In this document: piece by piece, positions 39,649 through 49,537 of the stretch | How positions within the stretch are numbered: position 1 is the stretch's first letter | How the letters are laid out: every line of letters begins with the position of its first letter | Source: Armatimonadota bacterium | Lineage (GTDB): Bacteria; Armatimonadota; UBA5829; DTLH01 | Assembly: GCA_039679675.1 (NCBI GenBank) | Contig: JBDKUN010000028.1 | Coordinates: forward strand, 64,001-128,000 | Reading direction: 5' to 3' | DNA: 64,000 bases | Program-made: the position numbers and the translations under genes | The notes under the pieces: model-generated | Told to the model about the DNA's origin: nothing | The model's input: the letters and a program-made list of their open reading frames with translations, nothing else | Database searches by the model: none

Positions 39649-40596
39649 ATGGCAAATGAAATAGAACAAAAGATACGTGAAGAAGCAAAGAAGCTGCTCG
39701 AATCGGGCGAGGTGACGCTTGTCCTCGGTTGGAAAGCAGGCAGCACACCGTTTAGGACCACTCCAGCATTCGTAAGAAGCGCAGAAGAGGTCGATAGCCT
39801 GGTGTGGAACCCGGCCTGCACGAACAACCTGGCGGTCTATCTGCCGCAGGTAGCGAAGCGTGCTAGGGTCGCGGTCGTCGCCAAGCCTTGCGACAGCCGG
39901 TCTATCGTCACCCTCATTCAGGAAAAGCAGGTTCCGCGCGAGAATGTGAAGGTCATCGGCATATCGTGCGCCGGGATAGTGGATGACGCGTCACTGAAGG
40001 CCGCGAAGATACGGCTTCAGGATGTCCACGGGCTCGACTGGGAAGGCGACAGCATCCTGATCGGCACACCAGCGGGCAAAACGAAGCTGCCTATGGCTGA
40101 CGCAGTGCGCGAAGGCTGCAAGACCTGCACTGTCCACACGCCTGTCATGAGCGATGCGGCATTCGGGGATGCGCCTGAGGCGAACCCGGCTCCTGTCGAG
40201 CCGATGGAAGGGTCTTTCGAAGAAAAAAGAGCCTTCTGGGCGAAGCAGTTCGAGCGCTGCATCCGGTGCTACGCCTGCCGCCAGGTCTGCCCGGCCTGCT
40301 ACTGCAGCAAGTGCTTTGCCGACAGGCCCGACACCAAATGGACCAGCAAAAAGGCGGATGCGTCTGAGGCGTGGATGTTCCACATGGGGCGTGCGATGCA
40401 CCTCGCAGGTCGCTGCATAGGCTGCGGCGAGTGCGAGAGGGCCTGCCCGATGGAGCTTCCGCTTATGAAGCTGAACCGTGAAGTTGCGCTCCACGTTCAG
40501 GAAATGTATGATTACACGCCGGGAATGGACCCGGATACAGACCCGGTGCTCGGTCACTGGGAACCGGAAGACATAGACCCGAACGGGCATCACTAG
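39649..40596 (+). CDS. flxC: FlxC-like 4Fe-4S protein
   Basis: CTNNLAVY, KPCDSR, CIRCYACRQVCPACYC, HLAGRCIGCGECERACP. Confidence 0.8.
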   Translation: MANEIEQKIREEAKKLLESGEVTLVLGWKAGSTPFRTTPAFVRSAEEVDSLVWNPACTNNLAVYLPQVAKRARVAVVAKPCDSRSIVTLIQEKQVPRENVKVIGISCAGIVDDASLKAAKIRLQDVHGLDWEGDSILIGTPAGKTKLPMADAVREGCKTCTVHTPVMSDAAFGDAPEANPAPVEPMEGSFEEKRAFWAKQFERCIRCYACRQVCPACYCSKCFADRPDTKWTSKKADASEAWMFHMGRAMHLAGRCIGCGECERACPMELPLMKLNREVALHVQEMYDYTPGMDPDTDPVLGHWEPEDIDPNGHH

Positions 40597-40619
40597 TTTA
40601 ATTACGAGAGCAGAATAAA

Positions 40620-41642
40620 ATGCCAGATAAAGTTATAAGTAAAAGCGACCTTCGACAGTGGCTTACGAGCCTCTTGGCCGACCATGACGTTATCGCGCCG
40701 GTCGACCGTGAAGCTGGCCCCGCTGCCTGGAAGGACATCGACGGCAAAGAAGACATCGAGATCGGCACAAGCGGCCTTCTGATGGCTGCAAAGGAATATC
40801 TTCTACCGGTGCATGACGTCCTCTTCCGCTACAAGGGCAAAAAAGGCGAGCAGACGCTTGAGTCTCCTGAAGTAAGCAAAAAGCCGAAGCTCATGATCGG
40901 CCTTCGGCTCTGCGACGCGCAGGCGATCTCCGTCCTCGACTCCGTATACTTGGAAGGCCGGTTCAAGGACCCGTATTACGCCGCGCGGAGGGAAAACCTC
41001 ACGCTGATGGCTACCGTCTGTGACGATCCCAGGTGGAGCTGCTTCTGCACCTCCGTCGGCGACCTGAACGAGTGGGCCAAGAAAGTAGACGCGCTTATCA
41101 CAGACCTCGGCGACAAGGTCTACGTCGCACCGGTCACGGAAAAGGGCGAAAAACTCCTTTCAACTCCGGCGTTCAAGGACCCGGCCGATGAAGACGTGAA
41201 AAAGAAGAATCAGGTCTGGGAAAACCTGCTTGCGCTGCCCAAGCAGCCGTTTGCAGGCAAAGACGTATCCCAAAGCGTTTCCTGGGATGCCCCGATCTGG
41301 AAAGATATGGCCGACAGATGCCTCGGATGCGGCGCATGCAGCTATCAGTGCCCGTCCTGCACATGTTTTGACATCCAGGACGACACGGTGGGCAATACGA
41401 TAGAGCGCTACCGCTGCCGCGACACCTGCCAGTTCTCAGATTTTACGCTTATGGGCGCTGGGCACAACCCTCGTCCCGAAAAGACGATGCGCACCCGCCA
41501 GCGGGTTATGCATAAGTTCAAATATCAGATAGAGCAGTTCAACATAATCGGCTGCACAGGCTGCGGCCGCTGCGTAGAGAGCTGCCCGGTCAATATTGAT
41601 TTGAGAGATGTTCTCTCAAAGATAACAGAGCAAAAAGCATGA
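40620..41642 (+). CDS. flxB: FlxB/AsrA-like 4Fe-4S protein
   Basis: DPYYAARR, CFCTS, CLGCGACSYQCPSCTCFD, CTGCGRCVESCP. Confidence 0.82.
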   Translation: MPDKVISKSDLRQWLTSLLADHDVIAPVDREAGPAAWKDIDGKEDIEIGTSGLLMAAKEYLLPVHDVLFRYKGKKGEQTLESPEVSKKPKLMIGLRLCDAQAISVLDSVYLEGRFKDPYYAARRENLTLMATVCDDPRWSCFCTSVGDLNEWAKKVDALITDLGDKVYVAPVTEKGEKLLSTPAFKDPADEDVKKKNQVWENLLALPKQPFAGKDVSQSVSWDAPIWKDMADRCLGCGACSYQCPSCTCFDIQDDTVGNTIERYRCRDTCQFSDFTLMGAGHNPRPEKTMRTRQRVMHKFKYQIEQFNIIGCTGCGRCVESCPVNIDLRDVLSKITEQKA

Positions 41643-42496
41643 GCACAGATATAAACGAGATAACAAAAGAGCAGATGCAGAACCCCTACATGCCGAACAT
41701 GGCTGTGGTAGAGAAGATAATCCAGGAGACCTGGGACACAAAGACGTTTAGAGCGGTCTTTGTGGATGAATATCTCCGCGAAAACTTCACCTATAAGCCC
41801 GGACAGTTCCAGGAAGTGAGCGTTTTCGGCGTCGGCGAGTGCACATTCTGCCTGACATCGAGCCCATCAAAGAAAGGCTACATCGAGTTTTCGGTCAAAA
41901 AGGTCGGAAACGTCACTAAAGCGCTCCATGAGCTTTCCGAGGGCGATAAAGTCGGCATCCGCGCTCCTTTCGGCAACTGGTTTCCTTATGACGAATGGAA
42001 AGGGAAGAACCTGATATTCATCGGCGGCGGAATCGGAATGGCACCTATGCGGTCGATCCTGAACTACTGCCTGGATAACAGGGCCGATTACGGCGACATA
42101 ACGACCATTTACGGCGCACGTACTCCCGGCGACCTCTGCTTTACGTATGAGTTCGACGAGTGGAAGAAAAACGCCAATCTTTATCTGACGGTTGATGCCG
42201 GTGATGACAGTTGGAAGGGAAGAGTCGGTCACGTTCCCGGCTGCCTTATGGAGCTTGCTCCGAAGCCGGAGAACACAATAGCCGTCACCTGCGGGCCGCC
42301 TATCATGATCAAGTTTGCACTCGCAAACTTGAAAGAACTCGGCTTCAAGGACGAACAGATATACACGACGCTTGAGATGAAGATGAAATGCGGCGTCGGC
42401 AAGTGCGGACGATGCAACATCGGCAAGAAATACGTGTGTATCGACGGGCCGGTGTTCTCATTTGCCCAGATACAGGAGCTTCCGCCGGAGTTCTAG
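41639..42496 (+). CDS. flxA: FlxA/AsrB-like FAD/NAD(P)-binding subunit
   Basis: PGQF, GGGIGMAP, CGPPIM, MKCGVGKCGRCNIG..VCIDGPVF. Confidence 0.88.
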   Translation: MSTDINEITKEQMQNPYMPNMAVVEKIIQETWDTKTFRAVFVDEYLRENFTYKPGQFQEVSVFGVGECTFCLTSSPSKKGYIEFSVKKVGNVTKALHELSEGDKVGIRAPFGNWFPYDEWKGKNLIFIGGGIGMAPMRSILNYCLDNRADYGDITTIYGARTPGDLCFTYEFDEWKKNANLYLTVDAGDDSWKGRVGHVPGCLMELAPKPENTIAVTCGPPIMIKFALANLKELGFKDEQIYTTLEMKMKCGVGKCGRCNIGKKYVCIDGPVFSFAQIQELPPEF

Positions 42497-42529
42497 GCCG
42501 GTCCTGAAACTTAGATCGCTATTATTAAG

Positions 42530-42557
42530 GGCTGCGAGTGCTTTTTCGCAGCCTTTT
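42530..42557 (+). terminator. Intrinsic terminator after flxA
   Basis: ggctgcga-loop-tcgcagcc-tttt. Confidence 0.7.
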
Positions 42558-42683
42558 CGCATGTACGGGAGCCATTATAGCAAGCGATCATTGACATATT
42601 CCAATTCTTGAGTTCTAATGTAGATGGAAATAGTAGACAGCGGTGTATTATCTACAAAATCATTTTCCAAAGGATATACAGAT

Positions 42684-44678
42684 ATGAAGAATCTGATAAC
42701 GTGTGGACTTATGCTGGTACTCATTGCTGCATGCTGTTCTTCAGTATATTGCGTGGATACCGCAGGCGGGTATACCGTCGTGGTCAGCAGTAATACTTAT
42801 GCCAATGCTTCATGGAGGGATGTTGTCGATGCCCTCGTGGCAAAACATGATGCCGATCTTGTAGTTTACTCAGGTACTGCATTCCCAGCTTCGGTGCGGA
42901 CATCCCTTTCGCTGAAAATGCCGAGATATGTCTGTTTCGTGGGGCAGCCCTCCGAACTTGGCGAATCATATGTTCGGACTGTATATCAGCTTTCCCGTTC
43001 GCTCGACAGTGACACCTATGGGGATTTTATCTGGGGGATTTTGACAGGTTATAACGCGGCGGACGCGAAGAGGATAGTAGAAGCTTCTCCGCTTTCCATA
43101 AGGAAAGGGCTCACAAAGACCTGCCCCGGATGGATCGATTGTCTTCGCTCCGGGATATTTCATTCCGAAGTAGACTATACCATGATGTGGGTCAAACCGG
43201 ACTGCCAGCCCATAGATACGACCCAGGCCGGACCGGTTGACGATACGTCTGCCCTCGTGAGCGAGATCAACACAAATACGGTGGACCTGGTTGTCTCGAG
43301 CGGGCACGCGACTCAGACCTCATGGCAGCTTCATTACCCGACCGTCGGCCTTGACGGAATGTTTTACTCCAGTAACGGCCTTGTCTACGGTGTAGCACAC
43401 AGCGGGAAAGTTTATAATATCAATTCGACCAACCCCAAGGTGTATTATGCTCCGGGTAACTGCCTTATAGGACTGACGACCAGCGGCAATAATATGGTCC
43501 CGTCATGGATCCATTCCGGCGGCGTGGTCCAGTTTGCCGGATATGTGGTCACGACGGATAACGGCTATATGGGGTGGGGCGTTTATAATTTCTTTATGGA
43601 CATGGTCGGCCGCTACACTTATGCCGAGAGCGTTTTCTTGACTAACCAGTCACTTCTGTTCGACCAGGAGTTTGTGACTCCCGGTATAGACCAGAGCAAA
43701 CTGACTTATGACCGTGACGTCTTCGCATTTTACGGTGATCCAGCCTACGAAGCAAGGGTCGAAGCGTACACCGGCGGCCACACTCCGCCATACACTCAGT
43801 TGCTGACCTGTGCTACGACCGATACTCCGGGCGTGTGCCGCTTTACCATGAAGGTCAGGATGAACTCTGCGACCAATATGGCCAAACCGGTTTTCGCTTT
43901 CCTGCCCTTCAGGATAGGTGCGGCGACAGTCATCAGTTCAAACGCACGCCAGGTGAAGATAACTGATGATATGGCGATGATGCAGCTTTGGGCACAGGGT
44001 GACGCCAATCTCACAGCCGGACAGGAATGGCAGCTTGTGTTCGAGAGCCAACTTCCGCAAACCGTCAGCATAAAATCCGCCAAGGCCCTGTCCTCGGGGA
44101 CACTCGCCGGTATCAGCAATGCGGTTGTGACCGCCGCATCCGATGATTATCTCTATGTCGAATCGACAGACCGGTCTATGGGTATTCGCGTGGACAAGCC
44201 CGGACATGGGATTCTGCCCAATACAAAGGTAACGGTCTACGGCACACTTGCTACCCGCCAGGGTGAGCGCACCATCAACGCCGCCATAATCACGCCAAAC
44301 GGCACCGGGAGTGTCGATCCGGTCGGGATGACAAACAAAGAGATCGGTGGCGGAGGATGGGCCTATGATCCGGCGCTCAGGACAGGCCAAATGGGTATCA
44401 CCGGAGCGGATGGATTGAACAATACGGGTCTGTTGATCACTGCTTGGGGCAAGGTGACATATGCAGAGAACGGCATGTTCTACATCGACGATGGTTCAGG
44501 TATAAAGGACGGTTCTGGCCATACCGGTGTAAAAGTCTACGGAAACGTCCCGACGGCTGAAGACCCTGTAGGCAAGAGCGTGAAGATCATCGGGACTTCC
44601 AGCTGTGAAACTCAGGGAACGAACTTGATCCGGGTGATAAGGCCGCGCGACGCGACTGCTGTTACGCTGATGGACTGA
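42684..44678 (+). CDS. Secreted protein, possible C25 (gingipain)-like peptidase domain plus C-terminal beta-rich repeats
   Basis: Signal peptide; SSGHA...GNCLIG...FYGDPA; promoter-like TTGACA-17-TCTAAT at 42591. Confidence 0.55.
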   Translation: MKNLITCGLMLVLIAACCSSVYCVDTAGGYTVVVSSNTYANASWRDVVDALVAKHDADLVVYSGTAFPASVRTSLSLKMPRYVCFVGQPSELGESYVRTVYQLSRSLDSDTYGDFIWGILTGYNAADAKRIVEASPLSIRKGLTKTCPGWIDCLRSGIFHSEVDYTMMWVKPDCQPIDTTQAGPVDDTSALVSEINTNTVDLVVSSGHATQTSWQLHYPTVGLDGMFYSSNGLVYGVAHSGKVYNINSTNPKVYYAPGNCLIGLTTSGNNMVPSWIHSGGVVQFAGYVVTTDNGYMGWGVYNFFMDMVGRYTYAESVFLTNQSLLFDQEFVTPGIDQSKLTYDRDVFAFYGDPAYEARVEAYTGGHTPPYTQLLTCATTDTPGVCRFTMKVRMNSATNMAKPVFAFLPFRIGAATVISSNARQVKITDDMAMMQLWAQGDANLTAGQEWQLVFESQLPQTVSIKSAKALSSGTLAGISNAVVTAASDDYLYVESTDRSMGIRVDKPGHGILPNTKVTVYGTLATRQGERTINAAIITPNGTGSVDPVGMTNKEIGGGGWAYDPALRTGQMGITGADGLNNTGLLITAWGKVTYAENGMFYIDDGSGIKDGSGHTGVKVYGNVPTAEDPVGKSVKIIGTSSCETQGTNLIRVIRPRDATAVTLMD

Positions 44679-44777
44679 TACCTGTAAAATTCCGGCTGCG
44701 GATGCATCTAAAGAGTTTTGGTTGAAATAGTATTGCACACGCTACAAAACTCTCCAACTCCGCAGCCGGTTGATTAT

Positions 44778-45536
44778 CTACCTGGCTTTATCAGGGTTAA
44801 ATTCGCCTTTTTGGTTTGCCGCAATCAAGCTCTTTTGAGATACCCACTTGGCATGCCCATCGCAGTAAACGACTGTGGTGCCAGTATAGTGGACGTCTCC
44901 GGGCATATCTTCCGCAGTCCAATTGAAGTCGCCGTCATTTATAGTGCTTCGGCTCTCGTGTATGAGCATCAGGATCTTGCTTATCCTGTTATTTCCGCCA
45001 TAGCCGGTGATCTTCATATTACCTGTGCAAGACTTAAAGTGAAAGTCTACCAGTCCTCCGCAGCTCATATTAGACAAATTTCTAAGGGACAACACACAGT
45101 TCATGGAGTAACTCAACGGACAGTTGAGCCTTTGATCCAGAGTGCAGCTTCCCATCCCCTTCGCTTCTCTTTTTACATCGCTTGGGCAGAGGAAAATATC
45201 AGTATTCTTAACGTAATTAGCCAGTTGTCCTTTGTTCGGATACACCATATACCCGACACCCATAGAACCGCACCAGTTGTTATATGGGGGTGTCCCGTAA
45301 AATGTTGAGGACTCCCCGCATACTCTTGCGCCGGGGAAACGGCTGTCCCAGGAATCCGTATACAATAAGACTGCGGTGGCCAACTGCTTTAAATTGTTGC
45401 AGCATTTCACCTGGCGCGCATGGTCCTTTGCAGAGTTGAAAACAGGGAACAAGATAGCTGCCAGAACAGCTATGATGGCTATAACCACCAACAACTCTAT
45501 CAGAGTAAACCCGCTACGCACGATCAACCTTCTCAT
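44778..45536 (-). CDS. Prepilin-type N-terminal methylation / H-x9-DG protein
   Basis: [48 protein letters not shown]. Confidence 0.9.
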   Translation of the reverse strand: MRRLIVRSGFTLIELLVVIAIIAVLAAILFPVFNSAKDHARQVKCCNNLKQLATAVLLYTDSWDSRFPGARVCGESSTFYGTPPYNNWCGSMGVGYMVYPNKGQLANYVKNTDIFLCPSDVKREAKGMGSCTLDQRLNCPLSYSMNCVLSLRNLSNMSCGGLVDFHFKSCTGNMKITGYGGNNRISKILMLIHESRSTINDGDFNWTAEDMPGDVHYTGTTVVYCDGHAKWVSQKSLIAANQKGEFNPDKAR

Positions 45537-45821
45537 TTAGCCCCCTGAATTCGCACCGCTCATTATTTGGACGCCGGAAATGTCCGGTGTTATATTACGA
45601 AACCGTTTGCATTAGTTTGAGAGTCTAGCATGATATTTTTAACCCGGTCAATTTAAATTTTGAACATATATTAGCTAAAGCTTCTGCTGCTAATTGCCTG
45701 TCCTTCGGATTTTCTGCAACTTTCGTATATTTCTATCGTCTAGCATATAAAGAAAGACGGCAACTGAGCCGATATGTTTTCACGTATTAACAATAAGAGC
45801 ACTACCGGAAGGAGTTGAACA

Positions 45822-46574
45822 ATGGCTCGTATTTCTATTCTGCGGCGGGTGATACTGGCGGCATCCATCGCGGTCATAATGGCATCTATGGCAAACGCGG
45901 AAACGTCCGCAGGGCTGCGAAAGCGGTTGGCAGTCGCCTGCTCCTCTATATCCGACCTCAAAGGCAACATGGTGGTTCATCCTGCCAGCAAAGGCGAGGC
46001 AAAGGAGATCAGTAAAGGTATACTGGAGTTTCTGGACCACGGTTTTCGAGATGTATCGGTCTCTTACAAAAGGCCGGACAAGTTCCGCGCACAGGGCAAG
46101 GCAAAGGGCGTGGATGTCACTTACGTGCTGAACGGCAATAAAAAGCAGATTACCGCCCCTTCGATCATGCTGAAAAAGACCGACGATCTTTCCAGAGACC
46201 GCGCAAAGAAGCAGACTACCCTCGATCTGGGATTTGCATCGGACTCGATGTGGCGAGACAATAACGTCAAGCTGATCGCTGAGTCCAAAGGCATCGCAAC
46301 CTTACAACTCATCCCGAAAGGGACTGATGACAAGCGCAAGGAACTGGTCTGGATCGAGACAAAGACACTGAAGGTCGTCAAACGTGAGCGATACAAAGGT
46401 GACGGACGCCTGAAATCGCGCAACATATACACAGGTCACAAAATGATCGGTAAAGTTCCCGTCGCGACCTACGTAAAGGTATACTCCGCAGATGGAGGCT
46501 ACGCCGGAGCGGTGTCCATAAAAGACCTGCGTGCCAATACCGGCCTGCCAAACTCGATGTTTGCTATTAAATAG
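45822..46574 (+). CDS. LolA-like outer-membrane lipoprotein carrier/sorting protein
   Basis: Signal peptide; YKRPDKFR, LQLIPK, VWIETKT, NTGLPNSMF. Confidence 0.7.
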   Translation: MARISILRRVILAASIAVIMASMANAETSAGLRKRLAVACSSISDLKGNMVVHPASKGEAKEISKGILEFLDHGFRDVSVSYKRPDKFRAQGKAKGVDVTYVLNGNKKQITAPSIMLKKTDDLSRDRAKKQTTLDLGFASDSMWRDNNVKLIAESKGIATLQLIPKGTDDKRKELVWIETKTLKVVKRERYKGDGRLKSRNIYTGHKMIGKVPVATYVKVYSADGGYAGAVSIKDLRANTGLPNSMFAIK

Positions 46575-46646
46575 GGCCGCAGGATTGCAACACCACGTCC
46601 GGTTGGTATAATGATAAGTAATTTTTGTACGAAAGGATCAAGAGTC

Positions 46647-46904
46647 ATGGCTAAGCGAATTGTCATCGGGTTATTCCTGGGAAAAAGGGTCACTACAGCG
46701 CCGGATGTGCAGGGCGTTCTGACTGAGTACGGCTGCCACATCAAGACGCGGATCGGGCTGCATAACGTGGACGATATGTCCTGCTCCGGGAGCGGACTGA
46801 TCCTTCTTGAGATGTACGGAGATGAGTCCAAAATCCACGAGATGGAAGAAAAACTCAAAAAATACGAAGGCATAGAAATTCAGAAAATGGTATTTGAGGA
46901 GTAA
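46647..46904 (+). CDS. Small ACT-like protein (iron-only hydrogenase regulator/TM1266-like)
   Basis: VQGVLTEYGCHIKTRIGLH...GLILLE. Confidence 0.6.
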   Translation: MAKRIVIGLFLGKRVTTAPDVQGVLTEYGCHIKTRIGLHNVDDMSCSGSGLILLEMYGDESKIHEMEEKLKKYEGIEIQKMVFEE

Positions 46905-46917
46905 TAGTATTTGGGTG

Positions 46918-46944
46918 GTGCTTCGGAATAACATCCCGAAGCAC
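46918..46944. terminator. Hairpin between convergent genes
   Basis: gtgcttcgg-aataacatc-ccgaagcac. Confidence 0.6.
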
Positions 46945-46959
46945 ACTCTTCATTCTCAA

Positions 46960-47736
46960 TCAGAACGATGTTGACAGCGTAACGCCGGCAAAGAAGTTGT
47001 TTCTGTCCTCGCCGGCAGCTTTCATGGCATCCTTAATATCGCTGTTTATTATCATCGAATAGCTGGCATTCGGGGTGAATGTCATACCGTTCTTCATCGT
47101 GTAGGGCATACTTGCGCTGAAGAGCACATCTGTGAGTGCCGATTTGTCCACTCCTGCGTAGTAATACTTGACGAACTTATTCGAGCCGTATGACAGTTTT
47201 GCTGAGAGCCCCAGCTTGGGAGCTTTCTGCCATGCCGTAGCACAGTCGTGTCCGACGCCCAGGCTCAAATAGTATCCATCCGCCTCGTCGAAGTCATAAT
47301 TGGCAGAGAGCGTGGCTGCAAGCGGGCCGCCCAGGCACATGCTCATGAATACTTCGCTGGTGCTGGAGTCGGAGGTGTTCGGGTATGTGTAGCGGCTTAA
47401 TCCGGCGTTCATTTCCCGACCTTTGGCTTCCCAGGCATAGTTCAGCGTGTAGTCAGCTTCGGTCAAGTCGCCGGATTTACCCGCTATATTCGTGCTATCC
47501 ATACTTCCCCAAAGGTTAAAGCTGAATCCGCTGGGATGAGAGACAGTGATGGACGGCTGGAATACCGGATCGGTGTTGAAAGGTATACCCCTCCATACGT
47601 ACTGGCTCACGTAGCCGAGGTCTACACTTGTACTCAGGCCGGTGGATGGGAGTTCCGGTTCCTGTGCGACTGCCGCTGAAACCAACAGCAGGCAGATTGC
47701 CGCTGTCAGGCAGACAAGTATCGTTAATTTCTTCAT
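46960..47736 (-). CDS. Outer-membrane beta-barrel protein (TorF/TIGR02001-like)
   Basis: Signal peptide; VSQYVWRG...PVFQPS, EADYTL, YTYP; C-terminal Phe. Confidence 0.75.
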   Translation of the reverse strand: MKKLTILVCLTAAICLLLVSAAVAQEPELPSTGLSTSVDLGYVSQYVWRGIPFNTDPVFQPSITVSHPSGFSFNLWGSMDSTNIAGKSGDLTEADYTLNYAWEAKGREMNAGLSRYTYPNTSDSSTSEVFMSMCLGGPLAATLSANYDFDEADGYYLSLGVGHDCATAWQKAPKLGLSAKLSYGSNKFVKYYYAGVDKSALTDVLFSASMPYTMKNGMTFTPNASYSMIINSDIKDAMKAAGEDRNNFFAGVTLSTSF

Positions 47737-47832
47737 TCAAGAGCCTCCTTCTATTGCCATTCCTTGCAAGCAAGCTTGCGGTTTGCTTAATTTTTCGATA
47801 GGAGGCCCGAAAATACCTTCTCCTATTTAATT

Positions 47833-48840
47833 TTAGCCGAAGTGCTTCCAACCTGCTTTTAGCAAAGATTCGGCACCGTCCGGGTGGACGAGAGTGATCC
47901 TGCTTTCTTCGGTAAATTCTCCGATCTCGGTAACTCTTGTCCCGGTCGCCGTTTGGACAGTTTGAATGAGTTTTTCAGTGTTTTCCGGTGCAGCGGCGAT
48001 GAGAAGCTCATAATCCTCTCCGCCGGATGAGGCAAGCGACGCCGTAGACATTCCAAGAGCGGAAGCTGCGGGCTTAAGGCCGTCACTTACAGGTAACTTT
48101 TCTTCAAATACACGCGCGCCGACACCGCTTGCTCCGCACATCTTGCCGAGATCGATGGCGAGCCCGTCGGAAAGGTCCATCATCGCGCCAACAAGCCGCT
48201 CTTTGACTGCCGCGCGGGCCTCCGGGACTCTGGGGGTCGGTCTCAAGTGCCGTTCGACGACATGAGGGAAGTCTTTTGATGCCTGTGCAAGCCCGAATTT
48301 GTCCAAAAGCCTGAACCCGGCCAGTGAGTCTCCGATAGTCCCTGTGACAAGTATTCTGTCGCCGGGTCTCGCGGTATTTCGCTTAGCTGCCCGGCTTTCC
48401 TCGACCTCTCCGAGCTGCGCCACGTTTATGACGATGTTTCCGTCAGCTTTATTGGTATCTCCACCGATTATCCGACTTCCGAACCTGCGCGAGATGTCGT
48501 TCATCCCCTTGTAAAGCTCTTCGATGAACTCAACTTCTATATCAGGAAAAGCGATGGAGACAAAGGCCCACGTCGGAACCCCTCCCATCGCCGCGACGTC
48601 GCTTATATTTACCGCGACGGACTTCCAGCCGAGTGAATACGGGTCGATAATGTCCTGTCTGAAGTGAGTCCCTTCAATAAGGAGGTCAGTCGTGATGACC
48701 TGAAGCATCTCGCCGCATGTGAGCACAAGCGCGGCGTCGTCACCGAAACCGACCACCACGCGCGGGTCATCCATTTTGCCATGGAGCTTTTCTATTAGCT
48801 TGATGACGGCATTCTCGCCGCCGAATTCAGAGATTTTCAC
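47833..48840 (-). CDS. thiL: Thiamine-monophosphate kinase
   Basis: GDDAA, EGTHF, NISDVAAMGG, GGDT, DLSDGL, GGEDYEL. Confidence 0.96.
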   Translation of the reverse strand: MKISEFGGENAVIKLIEKLHGKMDDPRVVVGFGDDAALVLTCGEMLQVITTDLLIEGTHFRQDIIDPYSLGWKSVAVNISDVAAMGGVPTWAFVSIAFPDIEVEFIEELYKGMNDISRRFGSRIIGGDTNKADGNIVINVAQLGEVEESRAAKRNTARPGDRILVTGTIGDSLAGFRLLDKFGLAQASKDFPHVVERHLRPTPRVPEARAAVKERLVGAMMDLSDGLAIDLGKMCGASGVGARVFEEKLPVSDGLKPAASALGMSTASLASSGGEDYELLIAAAPENTEKLIQTVQTATGTRVTEIGEFTEESRITLVHPDGAESLLKAGWKHFG

Positions 48841-49379
48841 TTCAACTCGCCAATCATCTGCTGGGCCATCAAAAGCCCGCTGGCTGTTTTCGCGTCTTTG
48901 ATCTCACCGGAGCGGATCATTTTCACAGCATCGTTGAGCTCTATTGTGACAACCTCGATGAACTCATCATCGTCTGCTTTTGCTCTGGCAGGGACTAAAT
49001 CCTCTGCGAGGAATATATGAAGCATCTCTTCCGAGTATCCTGGAGCAAGAAATGTGCTGCACATCTTGGTCAGCTTTCCGGCCTTGTAGCCTATTTCCTC
49101 CATCAGCTCCCGGTTCGCTGAGGTTTCGGCGTCTTCGTCCTTTTCCATAACCCCTGCAGGTATCTCCAGAAGCACTTCTCCGGCGGAGCGCCGGTACTGC
49201 TTCACCATTAAGACTTTCGTGGTGTCGAGAAGCGGCACTACGGCAATGGCTCCCTTGTGCTCGACTATCTCGCGCTTGGCCTCTCGCCCATCCGGCAAAA
49301 GAACCGTATCGACCCTCAGGTTCAATATCTTTCCATCATAGATCCGTTTTGTGGATATTACTTTTTCTGCTAAATTCAT
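48837..49379 (-). CDS. nudF: ADP-ribose pyrophosphatase (NUDIX)
   Basis: REIVEHKGA, EIPAG...ANRELMEEIG, IKDAKT. Confidence 0.88.
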   Translation of the reverse strand: MNLAEKVISTKRIYDGKILNLRVDTVLLPDGREAKREIVEHKGAIAVVPLLDTTKVLMVKQYRRSAGEVLLEIPAGVMEKDEDAETSANRELMEEIGYKAGKLTKMCSTFLAPGYSEEMLHIFLAEDLVPARAKADDDEFIEVVTIELNDAVKMIRSGEIKDAKTASGLLMAQQMIGELK

Positions 49380-49477
49380 CGACTTTCACCGCTTTTATAT
49401 CTACTCAATATCTGGTTCGCTCTTTACAGCGCCGTTACCTGCTTTACAGTGAGTTTGCCTCGATTGCCTCGAAGCAT

Positions 49478-49520
49478 AAAAAAGCCGCCAGCACCAGAAA
49501 CAATACTGATGGCTGACGGC
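49478..49520 (-). terminator. Intrinsic terminator after secA
   Basis: Minus strand gccgtcagc...gctggcggc-TTTTTT. Confidence 0.7.
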
Positions 49521-49537
49521 TGATTACTGAACTGCTA

